Shown: piece after piece, positions 37,727 to 48,061 of the stretch
Layout: each line of letters begins with the position of its first letter
How positions within the stretch are numbered: position 1 is the first letter of the stretch
Origin: an uncultured Gemmatimonadales bacterium
GTDB taxonomy: Bacteria; Gemmatimonadota; Gemmatimonadetes; Gemmatimonadales; Gemmatimonadaceae
NCBI GenBank assembly: GCA_963793305.1
Contig: CAWBZV010000005.1
Coordinates: 416,001 to 480,000, forward strand
DNA length: 64,000 nt
Direction: 5' to 3'
Program-made: the position numbers and the translations under genes
The notes under the pieces: model-generated
Databases searched by the model: none
What the model was told of the DNA's origin: nothing
What the model saw: only the letters and a program-made list of their open reading frames with translations

Positions 37727-39681
37727 TCGTGCCGCTCCGTGCGTTCGCGTGCGTCGTGCTGGCCGGCGGGTGGGTGACCGCTGCGGCGCAACCGGCACGT
37801 CCGCGCTTCGATAGCACCGGTGTCGGTGATACATTGATCTTCGCGCCGCTCCTGCTTCCCGCGCCCAGCGTGTATCGCGCGGGGTCTGGTGCGCCAGGGG
37901 CGCAGTACTGGCAGAATCGCGCGGATTATGATCTGACCGCGGTCCTCGATACCGCTACGCAGAGTATCCGAGGCACCGCCCATATGCGGTATACCAATCA
38001 CTCGCCGGATACGCTGCGGTTCCTGTGGTTTCAGATGGAGCAGAACGCGTTCATGCCGGGGTCGCTCAACGGATTGGTGTACGACCAAGACACACGGTTC
38101 GGCGGGCGCTCGTTCGAAGGCGGCGATCGCATTGATCATGTCACGCAGATCCGGGGGGCCAACGCGACCGCGCTCGTCGCCCGCGTCGACGGTACGCAGA
38201 TGAAAGTCGATCTGGCGCAGCCGTTGGCGCCCGGTGGTATCGCCGTGATCGACATTGCGTGGCACTTCGCGGTGCCTGAGCACGGCGCGGACCGGATGGG
38301 CCACGACGGTACGCTCTACGAAATGGCGCAATGGTATCCGCGGGTCGCGGTCTATGACGACATTCATGGGTGGAACATTGAGCCGTATCTGGGGCAGGGT
38401 GAGTTTTACCTGGAGTACGGCGATTTCACCTACGCGGTCACGGTGCCGGCGGGCTATATCGTCGGTGGGACGGGAACGCTCCAGAATCCGGAACAGGTGC
38501 TGACCGCGGTCGAGCGCGAACGGCTCGCGCGCGCCGCGCACAGCGCGAAGACGATCGCGATCGTGACGGCCGCCGAATTGATGAGTGGCGCGGCCAGGCC
38601 GTCGCGGACCGGGATGCTGACCTGGCGTTTTGCGGCGCACAACGTCCGCGACGTGGCGTGGGCGGCCTCGCCCAACTATCAGTGGGATGCCGCGAGCTGG
38701 CACGGGATTCTCGCTCAGGCGTACTATCGGCCGAAGGCCACGGAGACGTGGTATGAAGCCGCGGATATGTCGCGCACGTCGATCGAGGAATACTCGACGC
38801 GGTGGTTCCTGTATCCCTATCCGCAGATCACCGCCCTCGAAGGTCCGGTGAGCGGTATGGAATACCCCATGGTGGCCATGGAGTCCGTCACCCCGGACCG
38901 GTACTCGCTCTACAACGTGGTGACGCACGAAATCGGGCACACGTGGTTCCCGATGATCGTGGGCTCGAACGAGCGCGTGCACTTCTGGCAAGACGAGGGG
39001 CTCAATACGTTCATTAACACATTCGCCGAAGCCGCTCGGTATCCGGAGCAGGGCGACCAGATGCAGCGTGCGGCGGGGGAGCGCGAAGACATTGTGCAGT
39101 CGGAGTCACTCGGTGTCGACGTGCCGACGGAGCTGGGCGCCGATCGCGTGCCGTCGAATCGCCTGGGCTCCGACGACTATAACAAACCCTCGGTTGCCCT
39201 TCAGCTGCTCCGGCAGGAGATCTTGGGGCCGGCGGCGTTCGACGACGCGTTTCGCGAGTACATTCGCCGTTGGGCTTACAAGCACCCGGCCCCCGCTGAC
39301 TTCTTCCGGACGATGGAGGATGTCGGGGGCCGGCGGCTCGACTGGTTCTGGCGAGAGATGTTCGTCGAGAATATTCACTTCGATCAAGCGATCGACACGG
39401 TCATTGTGAGGGCGGCGCCCGGCGTGGACTCGGTCACGGTCGCGTACGCGAATCGGGCGCGGGGTGTGCTCCCGATTCGAGCGCGGTTCACCTTCAGCGA
39501 CGGCGCGACGCAAGATTTCTTCTATCCGGCCGAGGTGTGGAGCCGGAATACCACGCGCTACGTGCGTCGCTACGTGTTCGAGGGCAAGCATGTCACGCGT
39601 ATCGAGCTCGATCCCGAGCATCGGCTGATCGACATTGATCGCAGCAACAATGTCTGGTCCGTGAATCGTCCGACCACGTGA
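37723..39681 (+). CDS. M1-family metalloaminopeptidase
   Basis: GMEYP, HEIGHTWF-x-DEGLN, YNKP. Confidence 0.93.
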   Translation: MIVPLRAFACVVLAGGWVTAAAQPARPRFDSTGVGDTLIFAPLLLPAPSVYRAGSGAPGAQYWQNRADYDLTAVLDTATQSIRGTAHMRYTNHSPDTLRFLWFQMEQNAFMPGSLNGLVYDQDTRFGGRSFEGGDRIDHVTQIRGANATALVARVDGTQMKVDLAQPLAPGGIAVIDIAWHFAVPEHGADRMGHDGTLYEMAQWYPRVAVYDDIHGWNIEPYLGQGEFYLEYGDFTYAVTVPAGYIVGGTGTLQNPEQVLTAVERERLARAAHSAKTIAIVTAAELMSGAARPSRTGMLTWRFAAHNVRDVAWAASPNYQWDAASWHGILAQAYYRPKATETWYEAADMSRTSIEEYSTRWFLYPYPQITALEGPVSGMEYPMVAMESVTPDRYSLYNVVTHEIGHTWFPMIVGSNERVHFWQDEGLNTFINTFAEAARYPEQGDQMQRAAGEREDIVQSESLGVDVPTELGADRVPSNRLGSDDYNKPSVALQLLRQEILGPAAFDDAFREYIRRWAYKHPAPADFFRTMEDVGGRRLDWFWREMFVENIHFDQAIDTVIVRAAPGVDSVTVAYANRARGVLPIRARFTFSDGATQDFFYPAEVWSRNTTRYVRRYVFEGKHVTRIELDPEHRLIDIDRSNNVWSVNRPTT

Positions 39682-39809
39682 TGGGGGCTGTCGCCGCAGC
39701 ATTGGTGCCGCCGCTCGAGCCATTCCGGCAGGCGTTCGATGCGCTACGGGATCTCATGCGGGTCCCGGGGGCGTCGCAGCTGCCGTATCGGGTGCTGCCC
39801 GAGGAGCTT

Positions 39810-40011
39810 CCCACGCATTCTCATTGCGCTCGATAGTGGCACCGCTGCCCGCGCGACCGAGCTCGCCCGGCGCCTCGCGCGCCGGGGCGTCGTGGCATCG
39901 CCGCGGGGGTCGCGTCTTCGTTTCGGGTTTCACGCGTTCAACACCACGGCTGATGTTGCGCGTGCGCTCGCGTGGCTCGCGCGCGCCGCGCACCACACTC
40001 CCGGCGCATGA
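39810..40011 (+). pseudogene. C-terminal stub of class-V aminotransferase/cysteine desulfurase
   Basis: LARRGVVASPRGSRLRFGFHAFNTTADV, with no PLP domain. Confidence 0.6.
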
Positions 40012-40520
40012 CGCACGCGCTGTTCGTCCACACCGACGTCCTCGCGCCGGAGGACGGTTGGACGCCGGTTGAGCCGCTTCGCGCGCTGGGTCCGATTCGC
40101 TCATTCGTGTCGGGAGATCCGGCGAGCGAGCGTATACGGATCGCGTATTTCCGACGAGAGGCCGATGGGATGCTCGTGGCGAAGGTCTGGTTCGGGCCTG
40201 ACGCCGAGGGGCCGCCTGGACACGCGCACGGTGGCGCGATCGCTTCGGTGCTGGATGACGCGATGGGTGCGGCGGCGTGGGCGGCGGGCCGCCGCGTGGT
40301 GACGTTGACGCTCCAGGTGCGTTTCCGGGCGATGGTGCCGTTACAGGTGGTGGTGATAGTGGAGGCGCTCGTGCGCGCGACGCACGTCGGTCGACTGCAT
40401 CTGACCGCGCAGTTACGCGACAGCGGTGGGGTGCCATTCGCCGAGGCATCGGGGGGCTTCGTGCGGATCGCGCTGGAGCAGATCGGGCTGTCGCGCGCGC
40501 AACTGGTCGATCGCACGTGA
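40008..40520 (+). CDS. PaaI-family thioesterase
   Basis: EGPPGHAHGGAIASVLDDAMG. Confidence 0.9.
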   Translation: MTHALFVHTDVLAPEDGWTPVEPLRALGPIRSFVSGDPASERIRIAYFRREADGMLVAKVWFGPDAEGPPGHAHGGAIASVLDDAMGAAAWAAGRRVVTLTLQVRFRAMVPLQVVVIVEALVRATHVGRLHLTAQLRDSGGVPFAEASGGFVRIALEQIGLSRAQLVDRT

Positions 40521-43500
40521 CGGACCAGGATCGACTCCAGCGCGCCGTCGAGGGGCGCTATCGTCTCGTTCGCCGGCTCGAGGGTGGCGGGATGTCGACC
40601 GTGTATCTTGCGCGCGATGAGGCGTTCGACCGCCAGGTGGTGATCAAGGTGTTGCCGGTTGAGCTGGCGAGCACCGAGGCCATCGAACGGTTTCGGCAGG
40701 AGATCGACCTGGTGGCGACGCTCTCGCATCCGCAGGTGGTCCCCGTGCTCACGGCGGGACAGGTCGATGGGCTTCCGTATTTCGTCATGCCGTATGTCGA
40801 CGGTGAGTCATTGCGGCGCCGGCTGCATCGCGGACCTCTGTCGGTTCGCGAGACCGTCTCGGTCCTGGTCGATGTGGCGCGCGCCCTGGCGGCCGCGCAT
40901 GCGCAGGGCATCGTCCACCGTGACATCAAGCCGGACAACATTCTCCTGACGGCGCAGTCGGCGGTGGTCACCGACTTCGGGGTGGCGAAGGCGCGCCAGC
41001 GCGCCGGTCGACCGCGCGTCGGCGGCGCCGCGGGTGTGCAGACCAGCGAAGGCACGTCGCTGGGGACGCCGGCCTACATGGCCCCTGAGCAGATCGCGGG
41101 GAGTTCGGATGTCGATGCTCGCGCCGACCTGTACGCCCTGGGTGTCGTGGCCTACGAGATGCTAGCCGGACGGCCGCCCTTCAACGACGCGTCGCCGCGG
41201 AAAGTCCTCGCCGCACATCTGGTGGAGACGCCACCGCCCCTCTCGAGCGGCCGGCGAGACGTCCCTCCGGGTCTCGAGCGCCTCATCGTGCGGTGCCTGG
41301 CCAAGGACCCTGGCGACCGGCCGCGATCGGCCCTCGACATCGTCCGGGCGCTGCAAGAGTCGGAGACGATCGCCCAGCCCGGACTTCGGTTCACTGCTAT
41401 AGATCTTCGCTCCGCGGTGCGCGGACTGGGGCGTGCACCCCTGCTCACGGTGTACGCGCTCGTCTGTCTCGCGCTGGGTGCGGGCTCGACCATCGCCGTC
41501 TGCGGGGCGATCGATCAGGCGCTCATTCGCGAGCTGCCGTTCGCGCATGCCCGTTCGCTCGTCACGGTCTACCGCACGACACCACAGTTCGACCGTGGGC
41601 CGTTTTCCGCGCCCACGTTCCTGGATCTCGCTCGCTCGCTGCACCGAATCGACCACTTGGCGGCCATCGACTTTGTCTTCGGTGTGCTGGTGCTGCCGGG
41701 TGACGCGGTGCGGGTCAGCATCCGTCGCGTCACGGAGAACCTGTTCTCGACGCTCGGCGTCACCGCCCAGGCGGGGCGGCTCTTCGATAGCAGCGATGCC
41801 CAGCGGGCCGTGCCCGTCGCCGACATCAGCGATGCCCTGTGGCGATCGCGTTTCGGCGGCGACCCATTGATCGTTGGTCGATCGGTCGATCTCGACGGCC
41901 GTTCGACGGTGATCCTCGGGGTGCTGCCTCGCGGCTTTCGTATTCCGCGTGCCGCTGTCGAGCTCGAGGCGGACATCTGGACCCCTCTCGTCTTCACGCC
42001 CCACGAGATCGCCCAGCGCCGCGCGAACAGCTTGAGCCTCCTCGGTCGTCTCGCGCCGGGTGCCACGGTATCCGCTGCGGAACGCGAGCTCCGCGATCGG
42101 ATGGCGGACATCACGCGGATCTATCCGGAGCTTCGTGACGAATCGATCCGTGTCGCCCCGATGCGCACCGATAGCGCCGCTTTTGTCCGGGGGTCGTTGA
42201 TGCTGCTCTTGGGCGCCGCGGGATTGGTGCTGGTGGTTGCAACAGCGAACGTGGTGTGCTTGCTGCTGGCCCGCGGTGTCCAGCGCCAGCAGGAGTTCGC
42301 GATCCGATCAGCCCTCGGCGCGTCACCCTGGGCCGTGGTTCGTCCGGTGCTCGCGGAGAGTGCGCTCCTGGCGGTTGCTGGGGTTCTCGTGGGAATCGCC
42401 TTGGCGTCGGCGGGTGTCCACCTCACCGACGCCCAAATCGCGGGTGATCTGCCGCAACTCGCCGGCCTCGCGCTCGGCGCCCGGATCATTCCGTTCGCCC
42501 TGGCGACCGCGGTACTCCTCGCGGTGCTCGCCGGCGTCCTGCCGGCCTGGTACGGCACGCGAGTCCTCGCCCAGGAAGCGCTTGGTGGCGCGCGGGGCAG
42601 TAGCGTTGGCCGCAGGCGAGTTCGGGCGCTCAATGCGCTCGTCGTTGCCGAGGTCGGCGTGGCGCTGGTACTGACGATTGCGACGGGCCTTGTGCTCAAG
42701 GCGTTCCTGCGGCTCAACGACCAGGATCCCGGCTTTGATCCAGCGCCCGTGTTAACCCTCGAAGTGGCGGTACCCGCATTGGCGTATGCCAACAGGAGCG
42801 CGGTGTCGCGTCTGCTCGAGCCGGCCCTCGACGCGGTGGCGCGCGTTCCAGGCGTCGCGGCTGACGGGGCTATCTCTATCCTTCCTTACCGGAATTGGGG
42901 CGCCAATTCGAACGTTCGCTATGAGGGCCAGCCGAACGACACGCCGACACGCTTACCGATCGTCGAAATGCGAGACGTGACGCCCGGCTACTTTGGGGTC
43001 ACCCATCAGCGGCTGATCGGCGGTCGCCTTCTTCGCGATGCTGACGCCACCGTCGACGCACCTGACGTTGTCGTCGTGAACCAGGCGCTCGCGCAGCGGG
43101 ACTTCCCGGGACAGGACGCAGTCGGCAAGCGCTTTTATGACTCTGACACGACGCTCGCGACCATCGTCGGCGTCGTCAGTACGATTCGCAACATGGGCCC
43201 GATACGGGTCCCCACGCCCGAGATGTACTTCCCCTACAAGCCGGGCGACGATAAGACCGCGTTCAATGTGATGATTCGAGTCCAGCGCGGCGACCCGGGG
43301 GCGCTCGGCGCGGCGGTCAGTGCCGCGATTCGTGCCGTCGATTCCCGGACGGCCATCACGCATGTGCAGACCATGCGAGAGGTCATGCGCGACAGTATTC
43401 GGACGCAGCGCTTTTTTCTGAGCGCCATCGTCTTGTTCGCATTGATCGCCGTCCTCCTCGCTGTCGCCGGGTTGCACGGTCTCCTGACCTTTACCGTGGC

Positions 43501-43798
43501 GGAGCGTGCGCGCGAGATCGGCATTCGCACGGCGCTGGGGAGCTCCCCGTTCCGGACGGTCGGCCTCGTCGTGCGTCGGGGACTCCGTCTCATCGCCGGC
43601 GGCGTGGTCTTCGGAATTGTCGGCGCGAGTCTGGCCGCTCGTGTATTGCAAGCGATGGTGTACGGCGTCGAGTCAATGGACCCTGCTCTGTGGCTCGTCG
43701 CGACGGTCGGATTGATGGGGATGGGTTTGCTCGCGTGTCTCCTGCCGTCCTGGCGCGCGGCGGCGGTCGATCCCGTTACCGCCATGCGCATCGAGTGA
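40517..43798 (+). CDS. Ser/Thr protein kinase fused to MacB/FtsX duplicated (ADOP-type) permease
   Basis: GGGMSTV, VVIK, HRDIKPDN, DFG, YMAPE; then DLRSAVRGL...LALGAG, ANVxxLLLAR..EFAIRSALGAS, EIGIRTALG, DPVTAMRIE in one frame. Confidence 0.92.
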   Translation: MTDQDRLQRAVEGRYRLVRRLEGGGMSTVYLARDEAFDRQVVIKVLPVELASTEAIERFRQEIDLVATLSHPQVVPVLTAGQVDGLPYFVMPYVDGESLRRRLHRGPLSVRETVSVLVDVARALAAAHAQGIVHRDIKPDNILLTAQSAVVTDFGVAKARQRAGRPRVGGAAGVQTSEGTSLGTPAYMAPEQIAGSSDVDARADLYALGVVAYEMLAGRPPFNDASPRKVLAAHLVETPPPLSSGRRDVPPGLERLIVRCLAKDPGDRPRSALDIVRALQESETIAQPGLRFTAIDLRSAVRGLGRAPLLTVYALVCLALGAGSTIAVCGAIDQALIRELPFAHARSLVTVYRTTPQFDRGPFSAPTFLDLARSLHRIDHLAAIDFVFGVLVLPGDAVRVSIRRVTENLFSTLGVTAQAGRLFDSSDAQRAVPVADISDALWRSRFGGDPLIVGRSVDLDGRSTVILGVLPRGFRIPRAAVELEADIWTPLVFTPHEIAQRRANSLSLLGRLAPGATVSAAERELRDRMADITRIYPELRDESIRVAPMRTDSAAFVRGSLMLLLGAAGLVLVVATANVVCLLLARGVQRQQEFAIRSALGASPWAVVRPVLAESALLAVAGVLVGIALASAGVHLTDAQIAGDLPQLAGLALGARIIPFALATAVLLAVLAGVLPAWYGTRVLAQEALGGARGSSVGRRRVRALNALVVAEVGVALVLTIATGLVLKAFLRLNDQDPGFDPAPVLTLEVAVPALAYANRSAVSRLLEPALDAVARVPGVAADGAISILPYRNWGANSNVRYEGQPNDTPTRLPIVEMRDVTPGYFGVTHQRLIGGRLLRDADATVDAPDVVVVNQALAQRDFPGQDAVGKRFYDSDTTLATIVGVVSTIRNMGPIRVPTPEMYFPYKPGDDKTAFNVMIRVQRGDPGALGAAVSAAIRAVDSRTAITHVQTMREVMRDSIRTQRFFLSAIVLFALIAVLLAVAGLHGLLTFTVAERAREIGIRTALGSSPFRTVGLVVRRGLRLIAGGVVFGIVGASLAARVLQAMVYGVESMDPALWLVATVGLMGMGLLACLLPSWRAAAVDPVTAMRIE

Positions 43799-43873
43799 GG
43801 CGTCCGATGTGACAGCGGCGTCGCACCGGTGACGATGGGCGAGCTCCTGTCGTTACCCAAGCTCGACCGCCGA

Positions 43874-44461
43874 TCAGGTGGTCGTGAATCGTTCGGGGTG
43901 CCAGTCGTACTCCATGTAGCGCGCGGTGTCGCGGGCGATCTCGGGCCCGAGGAGTCGGTGGACGACATGCAACGCGCCATCGATGCCGGCCGATACTCCG
44001 GCCGCGGTGATGCAGCGGCCGTTGTCGACGAAGCGCCGATCCGCGTGCACGCGTGTGCGGGGCGCGGCGACGCGCAGTCGGTCGACGGCGCCATACCACG
44101 TCGTCGCCTCGAGACCGTCAAGGAGTCCAGCGCCGGCGAGCAGGAACGCGCCGGTGCATACTGAGAGCACGACCTCGGCGGTGCCGGTGACGTTGCTCAG
44201 CCAGGACGTGAATCGGGCGCTCTCGAGGAGTGGCTCGGCGCCGCCACCGGGGAGCACGACAATGTCCGGTCGCGGACAGGTCTCGATGGTGTACTCGGGG
44301 AGGATGCGCATGAACCCTTGGCTCACGATGGGGCCCGGGCGATCGGCTACGGTGTAGACCTGGAATGCCCGACCGTTATCGGCGGCGGCGAATACTTCCC
44401 CTGGCCCCGCGAAGTCGAGCAGCTCGGCCTCATCCCAGACGCAAATCGCGACGCGGCGCAT
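43874..44461 (-). CDS. DJ-1/PfpI family protein
   Basis: ELLDFAGP, PGG, SVCTGA, AGVSAGID. Confidence 0.92.
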   Translation of the reverse strand: MRRVAICVWDEAELLDFAGPGEVFAAADNGRAFQVYTVADRPGPIVSQGFMRILPEYTIETCPRPDIVVLPGGGAEPLLESARFTSWLSNVTGTAEVVLSVCTGAFLLAGAGLLDGLEATTWYGAVDRLRVAAPRTRVHADRRFVDNGRCITAAGVSAGIDGALHVVHRLLGPEIARDTARYMEYDWHPERFTTT

Positions 44462-44537
44462 GGTTCAGTCCTCCGGTGGGGCGGCGATGCTCACGTATGG
44501 GCCACGGTCTCAGACGGTACGGAGCGAACGATCCGAC

Positions 44538-44555
44538 GTCTTGGACGAGTCGAAC
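44538..44555 (-). promoter_or_regulatory. Regulon box 8
   Basis: GTTCGACTCGTCCAAGAC; TACCGT at +19. Confidence 0.6.
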
Positions 44556-44632
44556 ATCGCGCCTCACGTTGCGCGCGTCGGTGCGTGGAGTGTATCGATA
44601 TATTGGATTCGCCACCTCGCATCGATGATGCC

Positions 44633-45856
44633 GTGACTCTGCGCGACCTGACCAGCGTCCTGAGCGGCGCACTCCTGACGGCTTCGATCCTCGGAGCCCA
44701 GTCGAGTGGTGCCGACGCGGCGCGCATTCCGTTCATCTACGATGATGCGCGCGTCTTCGTGCCCGTCGGCATCAATCGGGATCCACCGCGATGGCTCATC
44801 CTCGACACGGGCGCCCCCGACGTCATGTTGGACGCCGATGTTGCGCGGGGCCTCGGGATTGCCGGCGTCGATGCGGGCCGGACCGGTGGCGCGGGGGCGG
44901 GGAGCATGGCGATCGCCCATGCGTCGGGCGCGACCCTTCGCATTGGCCCGGTGTCCCTCGGTGCGGTCGATGTCAATGTTGCTCCCCTCGACTCGGTGTT
45001 GGCGGCGTTCGGTGGGCGAGCGGCACTGGGAGTCGTCGGCGCACCGTTCTTCAGTCGCTACGTGGTGGAGCTCGACTTCAGTAGCTCGACGATGACCGTG
45101 CGGGATCCGGACACGTATCGATATCGCGGACATGGCATTGTCCTCCCGATGCAACTGGTCGGGGGGCTTCCGATGGTCGAAGCGCGATTGACGCCATCGA
45201 GTTCAGCGGCGGCTATTCCCATGAAGGTCGTCGTTGATATCGGAGCCAAGGCGACGCTATTGGTAACCGAGCCGTTCATCGCGGCGCACGACCTGATGCA
45301 CCAGTTTGCCCACCGGGTGGAAAGTCCGCTCGGGGCCGGGGTCGGCGGTGAGACGCGCTATGCGTTCGCGCGGGCAGCGTCGCTAGCGCTGGTCGATTCC
45401 GTCGGAGGGGCGACGGCGCGGCTCGACGACCCCGTCGTCGGTTTGTCGGTTCGGGGTACGCTCAAGTCCGGTTGGTGCGACGGACTCCTCGGCGCGGAGT
45501 TTCTGCATGCGTATCGCGTGATCTTTGACTATCCGCATCGGTCACTCATCCTTGAGCCGCGGGGCTCGGCGCCAACGGCCGCGGAGTACGACATGAGCGG
45601 GCTGTTCATTGTGAGCGACCGAGCGGATCACCATCGGTTCACGATCCACGAGGTTCTGTCGGACGGGCCTGCCGCGCATGGCGGCCTGCGCGTGGGGGAT
45701 CGTGTCGTATCGGTTGACGGCCGGCCGGCCACGAGCCTGACGCTCGGGGAGTTGCGCAACGTGCTGCGCAGCGCCCCGGGACGTGATGTGGCGATGACGG
45801 TGGAGCGCGATGGCGCTACGCTCCGGCGGACGGTGCGTCTCGTCCGTCTGGTCTAG
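44633..45856 (+). CDS. Aspartyl protease (two retropepsin-like lobes) + PDZ
   Basis: LDTGA, VDIGA, GLLG; GPAAHGGLRVGD PDZ; start approximate. Confidence 0.85.
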   Translation: MTLRDLTSVLSGALLTASILGAQSSGADAARIPFIYDDARVFVPVGINRDPPRWLILDTGAPDVMLDADVARGLGIAGVDAGRTGGAGAGSMAIAHASGATLRIGPVSLGAVDVNVAPLDSVLAAFGGRAALGVVGAPFFSRYVVELDFSSSTMTVRDPDTYRYRGHGIVLPMQLVGGLPMVEARLTPSSSAAAIPMKVVVDIGAKATLLVTEPFIAAHDLMHQFAHRVESPLGAGVGGETRYAFARAASLALVDSVGGATARLDDPVVGLSVRGTLKSGWCDGLLGAEFLHAYRVIFDYPHRSLILEPRGSAPTAAEYDMSGLFIVSDRADHHRFTIHEVLSDGPAAHGGLRVGDRVVSVDGRPATSLTLGELRNVLRSAPGRDVAMTVERDGATLRRTVRLVRLV

Positions 45857-45895
45857 AGGGCCCTTAGGCGCTCCTCGTTCGCTCCGTCTTGGTTT

Positions 45896-46507
45896 CTACT
45901 TGCTCCATGGCGGCGTGATGCCGTTTATCCTGGCGTAAGCGATCAGCTGGCCCAGGTGCTCGTGTAGGTCGTCCGTCATACCGATGGTCGTTTGCGTGAT
46001 CGTTGCCTGTTGGCCAAACCAATCGACGGAACCCACCGCGGCCGGGTCCACCGGGGCGAGCGTCGCCTTGGCGTACGCGTAGCTGTCGTTCAGGTGCTTG
46101 ATCACCGCTTCCTTGGTGGGATTGGCCTCGAATTTCGCCAGCGCTGCGTCCGTGTTGGGAACTACTGAAGACGGCTTGGCGCCATAGGCCATAGGTGCGT
46201 ACAGGTAATATTCACTTGCGACGTGCAGGAATACGGCGCCGACGGAGCGCACGCCCTTTTCTGGACTCCACGAGTACTTGTCGGCTGGAAACGCGTTCGC
46301 CAGCGCGAGGAACTTCGTGTGCGCGTGATCGAGGTCGGCCAGGAACTCCTTCTTCACATCTGTCGGCCCGTTCGCGGCTCGTGCGGCCGATTGCGCGGCG
46401 AGCGGCGGCGCGGGATGCGTGAACGCGATGGCTAAGGCGACGGTCGCGGCGCGGGTGAGGGAGGCGTGCCGGCGTGCGGTGGGCATGTCGCGCATAAGAA
46501 TCCTCAT
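45896..46507 (-). CDS. Secreted DinB-family protein
   Basis: VRSVGAVFLH, HEHLGQLIAYAR..GITPP; start may be 46486. Confidence 0.85.
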   Translation of the reverse strand: MRILMRDMPTARRHASLTRAATVALAIAFTHPAPPLAAQSAARAANGPTDVKKEFLADLDHAHTKFLALANAFPADKYSWSPEKGVRSVGAVFLHVASEYYLYAPMAYGAKPSSVVPNTDAALAKFEANPTKEAVIKHLNDSYAYAKATLAPVDPAAVGSVDWFGQQATITQTTIGMTDDLHEHLGQLIAYARINGITPPWSK

Positions 46508-46575
46508 TGGTGCGGGAGTGCGTGTGGTGACGCTGATAAGCCCGGCTGGAGAAGGTCGGCGGTGTCGGGCGTGAG

Positions 46576-46593
46576 GTCTTGTATGAACACAAC
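46576..46593 (-). promoter_or_regulatory. Regulon box 9
   Basis: GTTGTGTTCATACAAGAC. Confidence 0.7.
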
Positions 46594-46629
46594 GTGATCG
46601 GCGGGCAGTCGGTTGGCTCGCTGCGCGAC

Positions 46630-46647
46630 GTTGCGTCCATGCTAGAC
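46630..46647 (+). promoter_or_regulatory. Regulon box 10
   Basis: GTTGCGTCCATGCTAGAC; CATGAT at +19. Confidence 0.65.
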
Positions 46648-46712
46648 AAAACCCCTCCCACCGGCCATGATCGCTGCGGTGGCATGAATCATCATCTCGG
46701 GATTGGAGGGTA

Positions 46713-47344
46713 ATGTCCATGATGCGATTGGTTGCGAGCCTCTCAGTCGGCGCCCTCGTCGCGTGCAGTAGCTCCGCCGTCATCGTCGCGCCGTCGACGC
46801 CGGACGGGTTCCTGGCCGTTCACTTCGACGAGTTGCGCGGGCAGGCATGCCAGAACCCAAACGACGCGTCGCGGTGTCAGTTCCTGACGTTGTTCGCGGT
46901 GCCAGCGGCGTTCGGCGCGGCCCTATCCGCCGTCACGGTCGACACGGGTACGGGCCGCTCGCCTGGCTAGGGTTCGTCTTGGATATCGCGGATTCGAGCG
47001 CGAACGGTCAGGTCACCGATTCGGTGACGTTCATGGCGTTCAGCGACACGAACGTTGCGGCCGGGGTCGTCGTCGATCTAAACGGGGTCCTCGTCTTGTA
47101 CGATTCGACCAACGCGATCAGCGGCATCAACACCCAATACGGGTACAGCGTCGGCGACAGCGTGGGCGCGTGCGCGCGGCCGCCGACACTTCGTCACACG
47201 AGCGTGCCGTCGATGGGATCCGGCACATCCTGTACGATCCGTACGTTCAACATGCTATTGAATGACATGGTGACGTTGAACGTGACGATCAGCATCGCGC
47301 CGCAGAACGTGAACGGGATTCGCATTCTGCACGTCACCCCGTGA
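46713..47344 (+). CDS. Hypothetical lipoprotein, frameshift (missing G) near 46953
   Basis: GGAGG RBS, lipobox LVAC; adding one G joins ...DTGTG to PLAWLGFVLD... Confidence 0.65.
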
Positions 47345-47350
47345 ACGGCC

Positions 47351-48049
47351 TCACGTGAGTGAGCCGGACAGGAATGCCAGAATGAACGCCGTGGAATCGT
47401 AGAGGCCGTGGGCGAGGATCGTGCGCCAGAGGTTGCCGCGCGCGTGGACATACGACGTGCCGTAGACGAGGGCGATCACGCCGGCGAGAATGGCGCCCGA
47501 AGGGCCCTGATAGGAATGTGCCAGGCCGAAGAACGTCGCCGATACGACGATCGCCATGGCCTGTGCGGGGCGAGTGTTGCCGTAGGCGTCGGCGAAGCGG
47601 CGGATGAGAAATCCGCGGAAGACGATCTCCTCACCGAAGGCGGCGCCCGTCCAGATCACGAGGAGCCATTTGGCGAGCGCCCACGGATGGCCGCGGAGTT
47701 TTCCTATCGCGGAGAAGTCTGGGGTACCCCACAACGAGAGCACGAGTGGGGAGAGGAGGCTCACGGCCAGCTGACCCACCACCGCGGTGACCACCGCCAA
47801 TAGGATGGTCACCGTCCATGATCGGGGTCGCGAGAGTCCGAGGCGCGAGAGGCCCGCGCCGCCGCCGCCTTCCAGGTACCAGGCGACGGCCGACGCTGAG
47901 AGTACGCCGATTGGTCCAAACCACACGAACTTGGTAATCTTCCCGGCCGCGGCGAACGCGAAGACAAGGGCGAGTACGCCGCACCACTCGGCGACCCCAC
48001 GGAGCTTGGTCTTCGGCACGCGGTCGGGCGCGGTCAACCCATTGGTCAC
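47351..48049 (-). CDS. CPBP/Abi (CAAX) intramembrane protease
   Basis: EEIVFRG, FGLAH, AHGLYD. Confidence 0.92.
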   Translation of the reverse strand: MTNGLTAPDRVPKTKLRGVAEWCGVLALVFAFAAAGKITKFVWFGPIGVLSASAVAWYLEGGGGAGLSRLGLSRPRSWTVTILLAVVTAVVGQLAVSLLSPLVLSLWGTPDFSAIGKLRGHPWALAKWLLVIWTGAAFGEEIVFRGFLIRRFADAYGNTRPAQAMAIVVSATFFGLAHSYQGPSGAILAGVIALVYGTSYVHARGNLWRTILAHGLYDSTAFILAFLSGSLT

Positions 48050-48061
48050 ACCAACCTCCGT

